From: Octopus vulgaris
Lineage: Eukaryota
Reading direction: 5' to 3'
Length of the DNA: 64,000 nucleotides
Assembly: GCA_951406725.2 (NCBI GenBank)
Contig: OX597816.1
Span: forward strand, 43,710,001-43,774,000
Part shown: positions 1 to 13,605 of the stretch, one piece after another
Position numbering within the stretch: position 1 is the first letter of the stretch
Layout: each line of letters opens with the position of its first letter
Translations under genes and position numbers: made by a program
The notes under the pieces: generated by a model
Databases searched by the model: none
What the model saw: only the letters and a program-made list of their open reading frames with translations
Told to the model about the DNA's origin: nothing

Positions 1-958
1 TAGATTCGTATAACTATAGTATTCTAAATATATACACAGTCTAAATGTCTTTTATTGATCTAAAATCTTTTGCTTTTAATGTTTCGTTTCTAATGTCAAA
101 TGTCCGTAGACATATCATATAATATACACTGAGAAAAATAATGTTTATATATTCAAAGACTTCAACCAAATACGTCGTAAAACGGAATATCAGCATGATA
201 TGCTATTTTAAAATAACTGGGATAGAGATAGGTAGTTTTGCATAAATGTCTGCTCAAATAAATAATGATAATGTTAAGTATAACAACATTGAGACACCAG
301 GCATTTGGCAACCAAATGCTGCATTTGGCGTAGAAAAGTAACATTTGGCACAAAAATGCAACATTTGGCAACTGGTCAGTGGTTTTATCCTTAGGCCCTC
401 CTAAGTTGCTACCATAAGTTTTCATTTTCAAATTACGATATTCATATAAATATAAGTTATTCACATCTTCTGATAGTAATAGAGGCGTAAGTTGCCTACT
501 GGGTGTTTTGTAGGCAAGCAAATAATCTTTGCCATATTTACTTTAATTTTTGCTTGGGCCTCCAATTCCATTGTGACCCCAAATAAATAGATTAAATGAA
601 ATAACTATTTCAACATATTTTATGGCTCTGCAGTGCCAGGTATCCGAGGGATATATTTGCCTGATTTTGTATATTATTTACATGTATATATGTATGTATG
701 TGTATAGATGCACTAATACACACACGCACCCTCAGTCACACACACACATACATATACATATATGACATATATACACAAACATATATATGTGTGTGTGTGT
801 CCTCTTAGTATATTGTTTGTATACCTTAGACATAAGTATAAAAGTCGAGCTGGAATTATTTTCATTTCGTAAATGATGATTTGTGAGTTCAAACCTTCCA
901 AGCACTTGCCTAGATTTAAACATACTTTAAGTAAATAAAAACCTATAATACACTAACA

Positions 959-1124
959 CAGTACTCCGCAATCAGTCTGCCGCGGCACACTGGTATGTCA
1001 CGAGACGATTCCAGCTGTGCACTAGTGTAACCGGAATATAATTCTTTTCCTTATATTTTTAGCTATAGTTTCAGTTCAGGTGTGTCGCCCAATTTTGAAA
1101 AGAATATGTGTTGTCGGAGCACTG
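959..1124. mobile_element. hAT/Charlie-like MITE
   Basis: Imperfect TIRs CAGTACTCCGCAA / TTGTCGGAGCACTG, internal TGCCGCGGCACACTGG motif, imperfect CTA-containing 8-bp flanks. Confidence 0.55.
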
Positions 1125-1142
1125 TACTATAACAAAATCTCT

Positions 1143-1535
1143 TATACTCTTTTGTTTCAGTCATTTGACTGCGGCCATGCTGGAGCACCGCCTTTAGTCG
1201 AGCAAATCGAGCCCAGGACTTATTCTTTGTAAGCCTAATACTTATTCTATCAGTCTCTTAGACCGAACCGCTAACTTACGGGGACGTAAACACACCAGCA
1301 TCGGTTGTCAAGTGACGTGGGGGGGGGGACAAACACAGACACACAAACATATACACACACATACATATACGACGGGCTTCTTTCAGTTTCCGTCTACCAA
1401 ATCCACTAACAAGGCTTTGGTAGGCCCGAGGCTAAAGTAGAAGACACTTGTCCAAGATACCACACTGTGGGACTGAACCCAGAACCATGTGTTTGGTAAG
1501 CAAGCTATTTAGTACACAGCCACTCCTGCGCCTAT
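1143..1535 (-). mobile_element. tRNA-derived SINE family B, full length, with internal (CA)/(TA) microsatellite
   Basis: Minus strand begins GGCGCAGGAGTGGCTGTGT, has B-box-like GGTTCAGTCC and tail GCATGGCCGCAGTCAAATGACTGAAAC; more than 10 homologues in the window. Confidence 0.9.
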
Positions 1536-1789
1536 ATATTGACACACGGCTATTCAATTGAAGATAAGAAACAGCTGGTCAGTCAACCGACATCTTGTCA
1601 CATGTACGAAGTGGATCTATTCTGGATCTATGAAAGGTGGTGTCTATTCTGACAAGATAGATACTGGGAACATTAAAGATTTATCAGAAAACTATTCGGA
1701 ACTTTGCATAACATTTTACCGATTCTAATGTTATCTTACATTCAGTTTTTTAAAAAATAATTTAAGGTGAAATGCAATAATTATTTCGG

Positions 1790-2680
1790 CATTTAACACG
1801 AGGACAACATTTGAGAAGTTAATCGATCATATCGACTCCAGTATACGAGTGATTTTTTTATTTTATTGACCCCAGTAGGTATTATTTGAATTCGAAACAT
1901 AATGAGCCGGAAGGAATATTTCTAAGCATTTTTTCCTTTTTATCTTTTAGCGCTAACGATTCTGCTGGTTCGTCACCTTTCAGGTGATTTGTAAAGACTC
2001 TTTCTATTAAAGGGACAATGCCTAAAATTTCAAGAGAGAAGGGGAGCCGGTTACATCAACCCTAGTGCATAACTGATACTTATTTTATTGTCATTGGATA
2101 GATCTCAGTGACCTTGGAAATTAGGAGAGAAAGTCGGTAAAAATTCTGATATGCATTTCGTCCAGCTTGGTAACGATTATGCCAGGTCGTTGCCTTCAAG
2201 ACGATGTGTAGTAATAAAAGCAGCAAAAATGTTATATTTTGTTTTTCATAGGGACCACCCCAGACCAGACCAGACAACAGGTTTGAGAATAATATTTAGG
2301 TTTAAGCTTAACGTTTCGATATTCTGTGATTAAATAAGGAAGGCGATTTTGTGTATGGAACTATACTCTTACAAATATAGCGGACGCGATTAAAACAAAC
2401 ACCATATTCGAAAGAGTTAGATGAAGTGAAACCAATACTCCAACAGAAAGTAGATTCAGAAATGAAAATATAATTTTGATAACTGTTTTGGTGCAGGTAC
2501 AAAGCTAGGAATTTTGGGAAAAGGTCACTTGTCGCTACCATCAACCCCAGTGCTTCACTTTATCGAGCACAAAAGAACGAATTGTAAAATTGACCTCCAC
2601 GAGATTTGAGCTCAGAAGGTAGACAACAGGAAGTAATACCGTCAGACATTTTCTTCGATACGTTAACAATTCTTTCAGTT
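1790..2680 (-). mobile_element. Three degenerate SINE family A copies (about 1790-1980, 2000-2195, 2485-2680)
   Basis: Diverged matches to the ATCGACCCCAGT...ATTTGAACTCAGAAC...GCTAACGATTCTGCCAGCTCGCC consensus. Confidence 0.7.
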
Positions 2681-3784
2681 AAACGATACCAACTGTAATC
2701 TGTATTATTTCAAGTAAGAAAAGACTAAACAAATTTTGAAAGAAAGAGCGAGTATAAAAGCCGTAAAAGTAGACACAAAAATAGCTGAACTAATATGTAG
2801 CTATATCGTATATCTCATAGATGGAGATTGAATAACGATTCCTTATTTAGAGAGATGATACCATATTTTGAAATAAAAGCAAATGCAAATGTGTATGCAT
2901 TTAAGAGAGAAACATTATCATGTGAGACGAATACGAGTGTAAAATTCTGCTTACTAAGAACAGATAACTGCCAGTCAAATCATTAGTAAATGGTTTATTT
3001 CATGTGTATAACTTTTTCTCTTGGTAATTGGGAATTTTTTTCGGTAATTATCAATAAAATGATGTTTCTACATATTATAGTAGATTAATAAATTACAATA
3101 TATAATTGAAACTGTTTAATCCATTGGACTGGTCGATAGTTTACATGTATTTATTCTATAATGATTATGTCTGAGAGAGTGGTGGTCCAATCTATTTCTG
3201 TCGATATTTATAATACAGAGAACTGAAACTAACTACTATGTGGTGTTTACAATGATGAAATAGAAGCAGAATCTTCTGTATAATGTAGCTTCGAAAGAGA
3301 AGCAGAAAACCGTATCAGTAATAAAAAATATACATCATTAAAAAAATTGTGTTAAAAAATAGGCAAAACAAAGCAACAGGAGTACAAAACAAGTAAAAGA
3401 TGCAACTGAAGAAAAATCGTCAATATGGGGAATAAACGCCTATGGTGACAACAGCTAAAGAAACAGGTGGGGGAAGAAATACGAGTGAAATACCATGGAA
3501 GCACTTAAATATAATATAAAAATAATGATTAAGTCAGTTTCCGTTACACCTTTTACTTTTTTGTTATTTCAACCCACCTGAAATGGAAGCAGATTTATTT
3601 CGTATCAACTAAATTTAGTTATGTCGCAAACCAACTCGTTATCGGTGACGTCTTTGCACCCGGCTGCTTACATAAAAAAGCACCATCATATTCCCTTCCT
3701 CCCTTCTTCTAATTAATTCATCAGCTAACCTTTTCTGTTTCTCCACTATTTCAATATCCTTAGCTCTTATGAAACTTCCGGTGA

Positions 3785-4130
3785 AAACAGCAGGTTACCA
3801 GTCACTTTATGATGACATTTCGCATCTGAGACGCCCGATGTAAACAACAATGTGATCGAAGATGAAAAATGGGTAACGGCCTTATGCTATATTTCGGGAG
3901 CTTTTCCTCTTCATCAGCACCCACCCAACCCATTAACCATAACCATCAACGAAGTCATTGCTTAAATAGCCACTAAATATAGCGGTGCAACGTTATTGGA
4001 TATAATCAATTTTATATATTAAACACATTCCTGGTACGTAAACATTAATGACCTGTAAGGATAGCGTATTTCGTTATGCAACCATTATAGACTACAAAGA
4101 ATATTAAACGTTTTTAAAAGTCAATACAAA
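3785..4130. repeat. Dispersed copy of the ~392-bp unit also present at 50981-51756
   Basis: Shared blocks GAGACGCC, TTCATCAGCACC, CATTGCTTAAATAG, CAACGTTATTGGATATAA, AAACACATTCCTGG, ATTTCGTTATG. Confidence 0.8.
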
Positions 4131-6315
4131 CCAATATAAGATTCTTAAAACAGCAATAAATATGAATGAGACAATTATAAAATGTTAAAATTAATTAAAA
4201 GAAAACAAATCAATATGAATAGGGTATTCGGTGTACATCTCATATTTTCAATGTTTTGTTTGCGAATTTTAACTACTTCATTTGAAGATGTTCTTTCCTT
4301 TGGGATAATACGTGGTGGCGACCCCATCCGTTCTAAAATGATTGTCCGGTATCACCTTCCGTAGTGTGACTCGATCTGTCTTATGATGTGTCATATGCCC
4401 CACTGTCATGCCTTCAAATCCATTGACATGTCGAGATATTCTGCAATTTCCACCTTTCCAGGTTTCGTGTACTTAAGTTTATACATTATCGTTCTCTCGC
4501 GTAGTTTACCTGGTCATTCGAAACCAGTAATTAGGGTTTAACCACTGCCGTACAATGAGACATTTATGGAGCTTTACTTGAGTCAGATGCCAGAGTCAGA
4601 AACATACCAGATGTGGATAGTTGTCAAAGGGCGGCCTCTGTTTCTCACCGTGAGGTCCTATTCCTCTTTATGCATCTTATAGCTTACACATACACACACG
4701 CACGTACGCACACGCACAAACACACATACACATATATAACTCTTTACATGTAACTGTAATTGTTTAGCCAGCAATTCCATCAGCATGAATATTATTTTGT
4801 AAACATGATTGTAGAAATGGGACTTACTGCGTTTTGGATATTTCGACAATTGACCATTCACTAAATTGATTATTCTGAAATTTACTACAAATTGCGAATC
4901 ATTTAAGTTTCAGAGAATTATATATACAACCTTGGCGACGTTATGTTTTTCACCGTAGCAAAGAGTTTCTCACACCCCCTTCTTTCTAGTTACAAAACAG
5001 TAGACCCTTCCAAATGATAAAGTTGCAGTTGTACGCATCTTTAAAAAAAAACTTATAAAAACCATTTAAGGAATATTAAATCTGTGGGTAGAATTTTACT
5101 TAAATTAGATGTTATAATCTTCAGATAGATATAGGTTTATACACTCAGATACTACTAACCAAAACCTGACATTTACATACCTTAGAGTGATTAACCATGT
5201 ATATGTGTATATTTGTACACCTGTTATATTTTGGTTTTGTGTATGCATTTAGGCTTAGTATTTTTTTTTGTTAATACTATGTGGATTCGGTTATATCTAT
5301 ATTTTGGAAATATTTCAAATACTTCCCTTCTACGAAAAGAAAGTCAGTTTTCACCGCAGCAAAAGTCTATTTATTATTTACTCAGTTCAAACAAGTCGTT
5401 ATCAATAAACAAAAGAGAAGACGGCTTCTATTGATCAGATATTCTGGTATTTTTTCCTAAATGTATTGAACACTTCTTCCCAATACCTGATAACTTCAAT
5501 CCTTTATGCAGCGAGCTACTACAACTATTTTTTTAAAAAATTACTTTCTCGTGATTACGAATAATTATTTAAAATTATATTAACTTTGTACACTAATACA
5601 AACTTTAGCAATAGATACCATTTTCCCCTCCTTTTGTATCTTTGTTATTCTGTTGATGAGACATTATATAAACATGATTTATATGTTTACATTGAAGCTT
5701 ACATTGAAATATCTACAATAATTTTGAAATAAAATGTTAGAACTTAGAATTCTATATAAGACTCACGCTATTGAGATTTCGATGTGGAGCTTGTTACATG
5801 GTAACATACATTACTTAAAATTCTCTACCAAAATACATTGCACACGATACTTTATAACGAAACATTCTCAATCGCTGCAATTTCGCAAATATCACCACGT
5901 TTTGCCATTATCGATAGTTCAAACAAACCAATGTTTGGACAATGTTTTTTTTTTATTTACATTTCGTATGTAACTCTAATAATTTTTGTTCGATTTAAGT
6001 CTTTATTAAATTCCTACGAGTATTAAAAAAATTTGTTCGCTCATTTTTATTTTCTAGTTGATTCTCTTTCCGTTTGACTGTTTTATAAATTTCATCTACA
6101 GTTAAGAAGAGACAGAAGAAAAGCGGTATCTCAACACTTCTTTTATAGACATTGAATTATTTAGATTTCAAGCAGAGCTCGGTAGTTTGTCATTTAAATA
6201 AAGTATTACATGAAAATGAAGCGAAAACATAGCCGCATGGTTAGGAAGTCTTTTTCCCAGTTACATGTCTTCCCGTCCAATCTGTTGGACATTCGTCACC
6301 TATTATATATATATA

Positions 6316-6730
6316 TTTGTTTACTGCCCACAAGGGGCTAAACATAGAGGGGACAAACAAGGACAGACAAAGGGATTAAGTCGATTGCATCGACTCCAGT
6401 GCGAAGCTGATACTTTACTTATCGACCCCGAAAGAATGAAAGGCAAAGTCGACCTCGGCGGAATTTGAACTCAGAACGTAACGACAGACGAAACACCTAT
6501 TTCTTTACTACCCACAAGGAGCTAAACACAGAGACGACAAACAAGGACAGACAAACGGATCAAGTCGATTATATCGACCTAAGAGCGTAACTGGTACTTA
6601 ATTTATGGACCCCGAAAGGATGAAAGGCAAAGTCGACCTCGGCGGAATTTGAACTCAGAACGTAACGGCAGACGAAATACCGCTAAGCATTTCGCCCGGC
6701 GCGCTAACGTTTCTGCCAGCTCGTCGCCTT
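6316..6730 (-). mobile_element. SINE family A tandem dimer (one full copy plus one headless copy) inside an old family B remnant
   Basis: Two A bodies joined at GAAACACC|TATTTC; flanked by TCA(C/T)CTATTATATATA at 6296-6311 and 6732-6747. Confidence 0.9.
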
Positions 6731-7564
6731 ATCATCTATTATATATAGCCTTCGGTTGTTTGACCTATCCCTATGCTTCCAGTGTGAAATTTGGTAGATG
6801 GTGACTATTTAGAAACATGTCAGTGGAATATTCCTATTTTGGGGTGATAGACTTAAAACGTGGTTCGTTTTAACACCACCACTTCAATTTTGGCTGCCCT
6901 TGACATATTCATCCCTGTCGCCATGCTATCGGCCAAACCTACTTTATAAGGATAACTTCTCCGTTGTCTCTCACCAATTGGAGGCCGTGGGAAAAGTCAC
7001 ACGCACTGAGTTTTCTCCCCTAAATAATCAAGTAAACTAGAAAAGAAAATATTTTATATTGACATATAGGCATGATTAAAACCATATTACAAATAATTCG
7101 AATTAGAAGTTGAATTACATTTTGTTATGATAGCTTATATGGAAAGTGAAAAGATTAAAAAACAACAACAAGAGTTGTACTGTAAATTGGATAGATACAA
7201 TAACAAAAAAAATCAACGGTTACATATGGAAATTCAATGAAAGGACAATATCAATGTCGGTGGCAGAACCTGGAATCAACATTCTTGTCGTTGAACACAG
7301 GGCATCACTTAAACCTCTATGATACTGATACATATTGATGATAATACTAAACTAGGGAAATCTGAAAGCCAAGAATGAAGTCCAACGAATTTTGAACTAG
7401 GAACACCGAAGTACTGAACTTATTACCTTTATGAAACCCTATTAAGGATTTTCAGTTCTTTTACAGGCGTTTATTGTCTTTGACCTCTGAAACTTGTTAT
7501 TCTATACAGCCTGCTAGCACCCCTTACCATCCTCTGCTTCTCGCTCAACTCCTGTTCTATCCCA

Positions 7565-7568
<4 letters not shown>

Positions 7569-7601
<33 letters not shown>

Positions 7602-7687
7602 TTCTCTTCTCTCTCTCTTTCCTTTCTCTTTCTCGCTCTCTCTCTCTCTCTCTCACTCTCTCTCTCTCTCTTTCTTTTTTCTCTCTG
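7569..7687. repeat. (CT)n / polypyrimidine microsatellite
   Basis: Direct reading. Confidence 0.95.
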
Positions 7688-8299
7688 TCACGTACACAAC
7701 ATGCAAACTTCAACACCATTTACCATTTCTTTTCTATCTGTCGAGGATTTTTATGCCCGAAACATAAGATGTCTTTTCTTCCTGACACCATAAATTTTAT
7801 TCCATTATTTGAATTATCCCTAAAGAAATTAAACCAGTTCGTTTTTGCATTCAATTCGTTTGCGTTAAGAACTTCAGCAATAATGTCGAAATATGAATTT
7901 ACACTGTGGTACTTTATAAATGTATATATTTAGTCGAGGGATTCCTTTGGGATTTTCGCTTGCAAATTAAAGACAAAATTCTCACTGCAAATCATCTATC
8001 GCCATTTCATGCTTATGTATTAAATCAAGCAAGTGTAACATAATGAAAACTTTGTAATAACAATGGAAGAAAATGTAGTGAAAGGCAACATTTCATTACA
8101 GCACCCTTTTCAGCTACGCTTTTTCCAGTGTTTTCTGAGCATAAACGGGTCTTAAGAAAATTCCCATACGGTGAATGGCTGTGCGTGCGTCTTTAATGCT
8201 TTAATTTATTTTCATTTTCACATTTGGATTTACTTTGATGTTCCATTTCTTTTAATGGGAGTTGTGTTTGCGTAATGTTTTTTACGAGTATGCTTGAAA

Positions 8300-8424
8300 T
8301 GGAGGGAGAGAAAGATGGGAAAGAGAGGGAGGGAGAGAGAGAAAGAAAGAGAGAGAGAAAGAAAGAGAGAGAGAGAAATAAAGTGAGAGAGGAAGGAACA
8401 AAGAGAGAAAGAGAGGAAGAAAGA

Positions 8425-8458
<34 letters not shown>

Positions 8459-8460
8459 TG
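8300..8460. repeat. (GA)n / polypurine tract
   Basis: Direct reading. Confidence 0.95.
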
Positions 8461-8804
8461 AAGGTGCAATAGCAGAAGAGAGAATACAAGAAATACTAAA
8501 AACATTTAAATTAATGTTACTGCCAGTGATACGCAATGTGGGGCAGCCTTTGAAGCGAATCACTTGTTTGTGCAGTTAGAAAAGAAACCGATTTTAGAAG
8601 GGAATTTCTTCAGACCCTTTTTATATATAACTTGGAAATCGTTTAAAACTTTGATACTACAGGTATTTTCTTGTGTAAGCAAACAGATTTTTTCTTGCTG
8701 ATGGTGTTAATGGTGGTGTATCATACGAAATTGTACTCTCGTCAAAGAGATCATTAGTCCCTCACTATAAATACGAACAACATTAAGAAGAACAATTAAC
8801 TCGG

Positions 8805-9290
8805 TTTCAGTTTCAAATTTTGGCACAAGGGCAGTAAATTCGGGGGACGATTACAATGACGTCTGTGCTGAACTGGCAACTATTTTATCGACACCGAAAG
8901 GACAAAAGGCAAAGACGACCTCAGCGGAATTTGAACTCAGAACGTAAAGACAGATGAAATACCGCATTTCTTTATTGCTCACAAGGGGCTAAACATAGAG
9001 GGGAAAAACAAGGATAGACAAAGGGATTAAGTCGATTACATCGACCCTAGTGCGTAACTGGTACTTAATTCATCGACCCCGAAATGATGAAAGGCAAGGT
9101 CGACCTCGGTGGATTTTGAACTCCGAACGTAAAGACAGATGACATACCGCTAAGCACTTTGCCCGGCGTGCTAACGTTTCTGCCATCTCGCTGTCTTATG
9201 ATAGCGTTAATATTGGCTCCAAATTTTGGGTACAAGGCCAGAACATCGACCCTGCTATTCAACTGGTACTTATTTTGCGAGCTCGCCGCC
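8805..9290 (-). mobile_element. SINE family A dimer (older plus younger copy) and a short fragment
   Basis: Junction GAAATACCGC|ATTTCTTT near 8965; head ends near 9197. Confidence 0.85.
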
Positions 9291-9324
9291 ATATGCAATA
9301 ACGTTAATTATTAATAAGGACCGT

Positions 9325-9782
9325 AAGGTGGCGAGCGCAGAATCGTTAGCGTGCCGGATTAGATGCGTAGCAACATTTTGACCGTCTTTATGTTCTGTAT
9401 TCAAATATCCGCAGAGGTTGGCTTTGCTTTTCATCCTTTCGGGATCGATAATAAGTACCAATTAGTACTGGTGTCAATCTAAGCAACTTACCTCCTCCCC
9501 CGAAATTGCTGGGGTTGTGCTGAAATTTGAAACTTGTATCGTTATTATATAAGGTGGCGAGCTGGCAGAGTCATTAGGATGTCGGGAAAAATGCTTAGCA
9601 GCATTTCATCCGTCTTTACGTTCTGAGTTCAAATTCCGTCGAAGTCTGTTTTGCTTTTCATCCTTTCGCGGTCAATAAAATTTATAAGTAGCAGTTAAAT
9701 ATTGGGGGGGGGGGGGCATGTAATCGACTTACTGCCTTCCCCGAAATTTCAGGCCTTGTGCAAAATTTCGAACCCAATATTA
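9325..9782 (+). mobile_element. Two SINE family A copies (about 9325-9535 and 9550-9782)
   Basis: Heads AAGGTGGCGAGC...GAATCGTTAGC; B-box-like GAGTTCAAATTCC. Confidence 0.85.
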
Positions 9783-10320
9783 ATAAGTACTCAGAGTGAT
9801 ATCCACTGAAATCCTGACACGACCAACACCAATGACAAACACAGTCATCAACAGCAAACACAGGAAATTCACTGTCTCTGGTTTCGCGCACACTATTGAC
9901 AGCGTGACATACCATTGCTAATAATAAAATAAAACAACAGCAGCGACAACATTATTAACATTACGTTATAATCATTCGTGCGCTCAAATATTTCAGAGTA
10001 GACTAATCAGGAAAAACAAGTATGACACGATGATGTATTACTGTATTGATAAGATAAATTTCAATTGGAATGGCGTTGGCCAGTATTTGAGAGGAGAGCG
10101 CTATCACGTCTGATATTAGTCAGTCACACTTTAAAGATTCCACCCCATTCTTATTAGCGTTTTCTCTCAGAATGAAATATTGCATTTTCATCTACATAGC
10201 GAAAAATACTCATTACAATGTCACATTCTTGAAAATTATATATTTTTAAGAAACTTATCTTTGCCTATCTCTGCGTAATTAAAGCATGTATATGTATGTT
10301 GATATACACACATGCGCAAG

Positions 10321-10328
10321 CACACACA

Positions 10329-10396
<68 letters not shown>
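10321..10396. repeat. (CA)n microsatellite
   Basis: Direct reading. Confidence 0.95.
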
Positions 10397-10774
10397 TTGT
10401 GTATTGTATATGTGCACAGTTTGACACTAGATTTATGTATTGCTCCATTACGCAGACATTACATTCGTTGTATTCCATTAATCTTACTGCCCATATTTTT
10501 GTGATTATCACTTTCCTGTATCGTTGTACATGAATGTATGTATGTATCTATGCATGCATGTATGTCTGTACGTTTGTATGCATGCCTGCACGTATGAATT
10601 TATCGTTTCCCCTATCCTTCCTTTATATATGTGTGTGTGTGTGTGTGTGTGCGTGTATACCCACGAAGTCCCTATAAATCGGATGGATTAATAATATGCT
10701 GGCATGTAGACTATGTAAGAGGATAAATCATCTATGACCGGATGCTGAAACCGAAGCACGATCACATTTTTTAG

Positions 10775-11360
10775 TGTATGTGTGTCTTTGTGTTTGTCTC
10801 CTACCACAGCTTCACACCGGTCTTACGTACTCATAACTTATTGGTTCGGCATCAAGAGACCGAAGACGTACCAAACTGAAAAACAAGTACTGGGGTTGAT
10901 TTATTCGACTAAACTGTCCAAGGCGGTGCCCCGGCATTGCAGTAGTTTCTTGAGAGGCGGTTGGATGGAACCTACACTCGCCTCCTTATGAGAGCTCAAA
11001 ACCTCTCGTGGAAGCGCCATCCAACCAAAATGCAAATATATGGGAAACTACCACCTGTGTCATCTCTTGTGAATGGTAGGAGAGTCCAGTTTGCTGGACA
11101 TTGTTGTAGAGCTGAAAAAGAAGTAATTTCTACTCTTCTCCTCTGGAAGCCATCTACTCGCAATACCAGAGGGCGCACACTCTCCTACTCTGATGTAATC
11201 TCCAGGGATACAGGCATCCAGCAACAGGACCTCCGTAATGCCATGATGGACCGTGAAGTCTGGCGTAGCATGGTAAATTCCATTGTCTCGACCACGGTCG
11301 AACAATGATGATGATGATTGCAGTAGTCCAATGACTGACATAAATAAAAACATAAAAATA
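10775..11360 (+). mobile_element. 3' half of SINE family B interrupted by an RTE LINE
   Basis: TGTGTTTGTC...AGTACTGGGGTTGATTT...AGGCGGTGCC, resuming after the LINE as CCAATGACTGAC. Confidence 0.7.
10947..11316 (+). mobile_element. 5'-truncated RTE-clade LINE 3' end (C-terminal ORF 10961-11308)
   Basis: Peptide RRVQFAGHCCRAEKE...LLLWKP...RG...AMMDREVWR; (TGA)n tail; perfect 11-bp TSD ATTGCAGTAGT at 10936-10946 and 11317-11327. Confidence 0.9.
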
Positions 11361-12030
11361 GAATCCAGAATTCTAGATGACAGACATCTATTATAGGCCA
11401 AAAAACCCCCCAAAAAGTGAAAAATGAATCGTGTGTGGTAGTTTCCTATGTAGTTTGTCCAGTTTCCAATATCGTAGAACATCCGAATATAAATTTATAG
11501 CAAAAATACACAAACAACTACTTAATCTGAATATCGTTATAGATTGTGTTGTTGATAGGATCGTCTCTATTCACCAGAAGACGGATTAACTGCAAAACTT
11601 AATCCGATGGGATTTCATTCTATCATTAACATTATCTAGTCTGGTACATTTCCGCTTCGGTTGCGAACACAGAATCGAATGTTTAATTCCCTACTGACTT
11701 CATTTCCCTTTGTATAGCCCCATGAACTGCTGGAAACTGCCCTTCTTGATTAAACTTGTTAAGTACACAACAGAGATGAATTTCAACGTCAGATTTGGAG
11801 GGGCATTTACCATATGCGATTGAGCGACTTCCTTATAATATCTAAGTTTGTTTCTGTTTTATGGACTATTGTGAGTCATATATTTTAACTAGGGTAAATA
11901 AAGGTTCTTTGCTGCGTGGGTGCAGAGTTATAGTTTTTGCATGACGGGAATATATTACAGATCTCGAGATAAAACAGCAAAGATAACATGCAAATTACAA
12001 AATGAGATTTCACCAAATATATCTATGTGA

Positions 12031-12148
12031 GAGTGGGGTGCTGAAAAGTCCCTGAGTGTCGCGAATGGCCTGGCTGGAGTTCTTTTACAGGGCTTAGAAA
12101 AAGTGAAGGACCACTGCAAATAGTATGTAAACCTAGCAGGGAAGTATT
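12031..12148 (+). mobile_element. Partial mariner-derived MITE
   Basis: TIR-like GGGGTGCTGAAAAGTCCCTG; homologous to 61940-62136 in the opposite orientation. Confidence 0.55.
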
Positions 12149-12343
12149 CTCTTATTCTTTTATTCGTTTCAGTTATTTGACTGCGGCCACGCTGGAGCAC
12201 CGACTTTAGTTGAGCAAATCGACCCCAGGACTTATTCTTTGTAAGCCTAGTACTTATTCTATCGGACCTGTTTTGCTGATCCGCTAAGTTACAGGGACGT
12301 AAACACACCAGCATCGGTTGCCAAGCGGACACACACGCGCACA

Positions 12344-12426
<83 letters not shown>

Positions 12427-12490
12427 GACGGGATTCTTTCAGTTTCCGTCTACCATATCCATTCACAAGGCTTTGTTCGGCCCGAGGCAT
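12148..12490 (-). mobile_element. SINE family B, head truncated
   Basis: Family B tail and body with internal (CA)n(TA)n. Confidence 0.9.
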
Positions 12491-13350
12491 TTGTGAGTGT
12501 ATCTGTGTGCTTGCAGGCATTATAAGTTAATATTATATTCAAACACCACTAAGTGTTCCTGATGTATAGATACTGCTACTCAGTTCCTTTCAGTATTTGA
12601 ATACAGCGCTGTGTAAATCCCGGTTCGAATATAATTGTGTGTATGCGTAAAGAATGAAACCAAAGTTAAAATAAGAAACTTATTCAAAAAAACATAACAG
12701 ATAACAGAGAATCTGTGTCGGCGTGCAGCAAACGTATGTCTTTTCAATCTAGAGAATTAGTTACAGCTTAATCACTTGGTGAATTTGTACAGCAATTTTA
12801 CTATCATCGTTCGGTGTTAAATGTAGCGTAGTAATTGCATTAGCTTCACAGAAAATTCTCCTTTTTACAACCTCAGTTACGGCAATATACAAGAGAAACT
12901 ATTTACGCCCATTTGCACGCTTACAGAATTTACCAATTGCAGTTAGTGAGATTTCATTGCTGCATAAAACACTGAAAAGTGTTCTAATAGTGGATGTGTG
13001 TACTGGAATTTACAGCAATAAGCAAACGCTTTTGGCTCTACAAATAAGTAATTCTTTGTTTGAATTATACGTTCACACATTTTTGTGTTACGAGTAGCAC
13101 CAAATTGGGCGTTAAGTGAGCATGATAAATTTGCAATTCACCTAAATCGAAATATTTTCACAATGGGTAAATAATATAATCATCAACAAAAGGAATGTGT
13201 TGCCATAGTATCATACTGACAGATATATAAGGAAATAGCAACAAATGCATACGTACATGGAACGTACGTAGACACATTCATATACTGATAAATACTTGAA
13301 GATTTACACACACGGACACACAATGATATATATATATATATATATATATA

Positions 13351-13553
13351 GCAAAAAATACGATTCTGCTGAATTAGGGACTTAAGTTGAGGCACCAAAC
13401 CAGTCCGGTATTATCCGCACAGATATATGGTCTTATGCATCCGAAGAAGGCGGTGTATTTCAAACTAATATAATGCTTGCATTGTTCGATTAAATAGAGC
13501 CGCCTGAAACGGCCGTAATGCACTAATACCGTGACATCCGTGTTACTTATTTG

Positions 13554-13555
<2 letters not shown>
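13351..13555 (+). mobile_element. Short non-coding insert in a (TA)n tract, likely a solo PLE terminal repeat
   Basis: Flanked by (TA)n on both sides; contains an HHR. Confidence 0.6.
13436..13522 (+). ncRNA. Type I hammerhead ribozyme, PLE-type, U4C core variant
   Basis: TGCAT-CCGAAGA-AGGCGG...CCGCCT-GAAA-CGGCCG-TA-ATGCA: helix I TGCAT/ATGCA, helix II AGGCGG/CCGCCT, palindromic stem III ACGGCCGT, GUA site. Confidence 0.75.

Positions 13556-13605
<50 letters not shown>

Noticed and set aside
4250-4660. Possible LINE APE endonuclease N-terminus on the minus strand
   Set aside because: Only vague similarity, with multiple stops.
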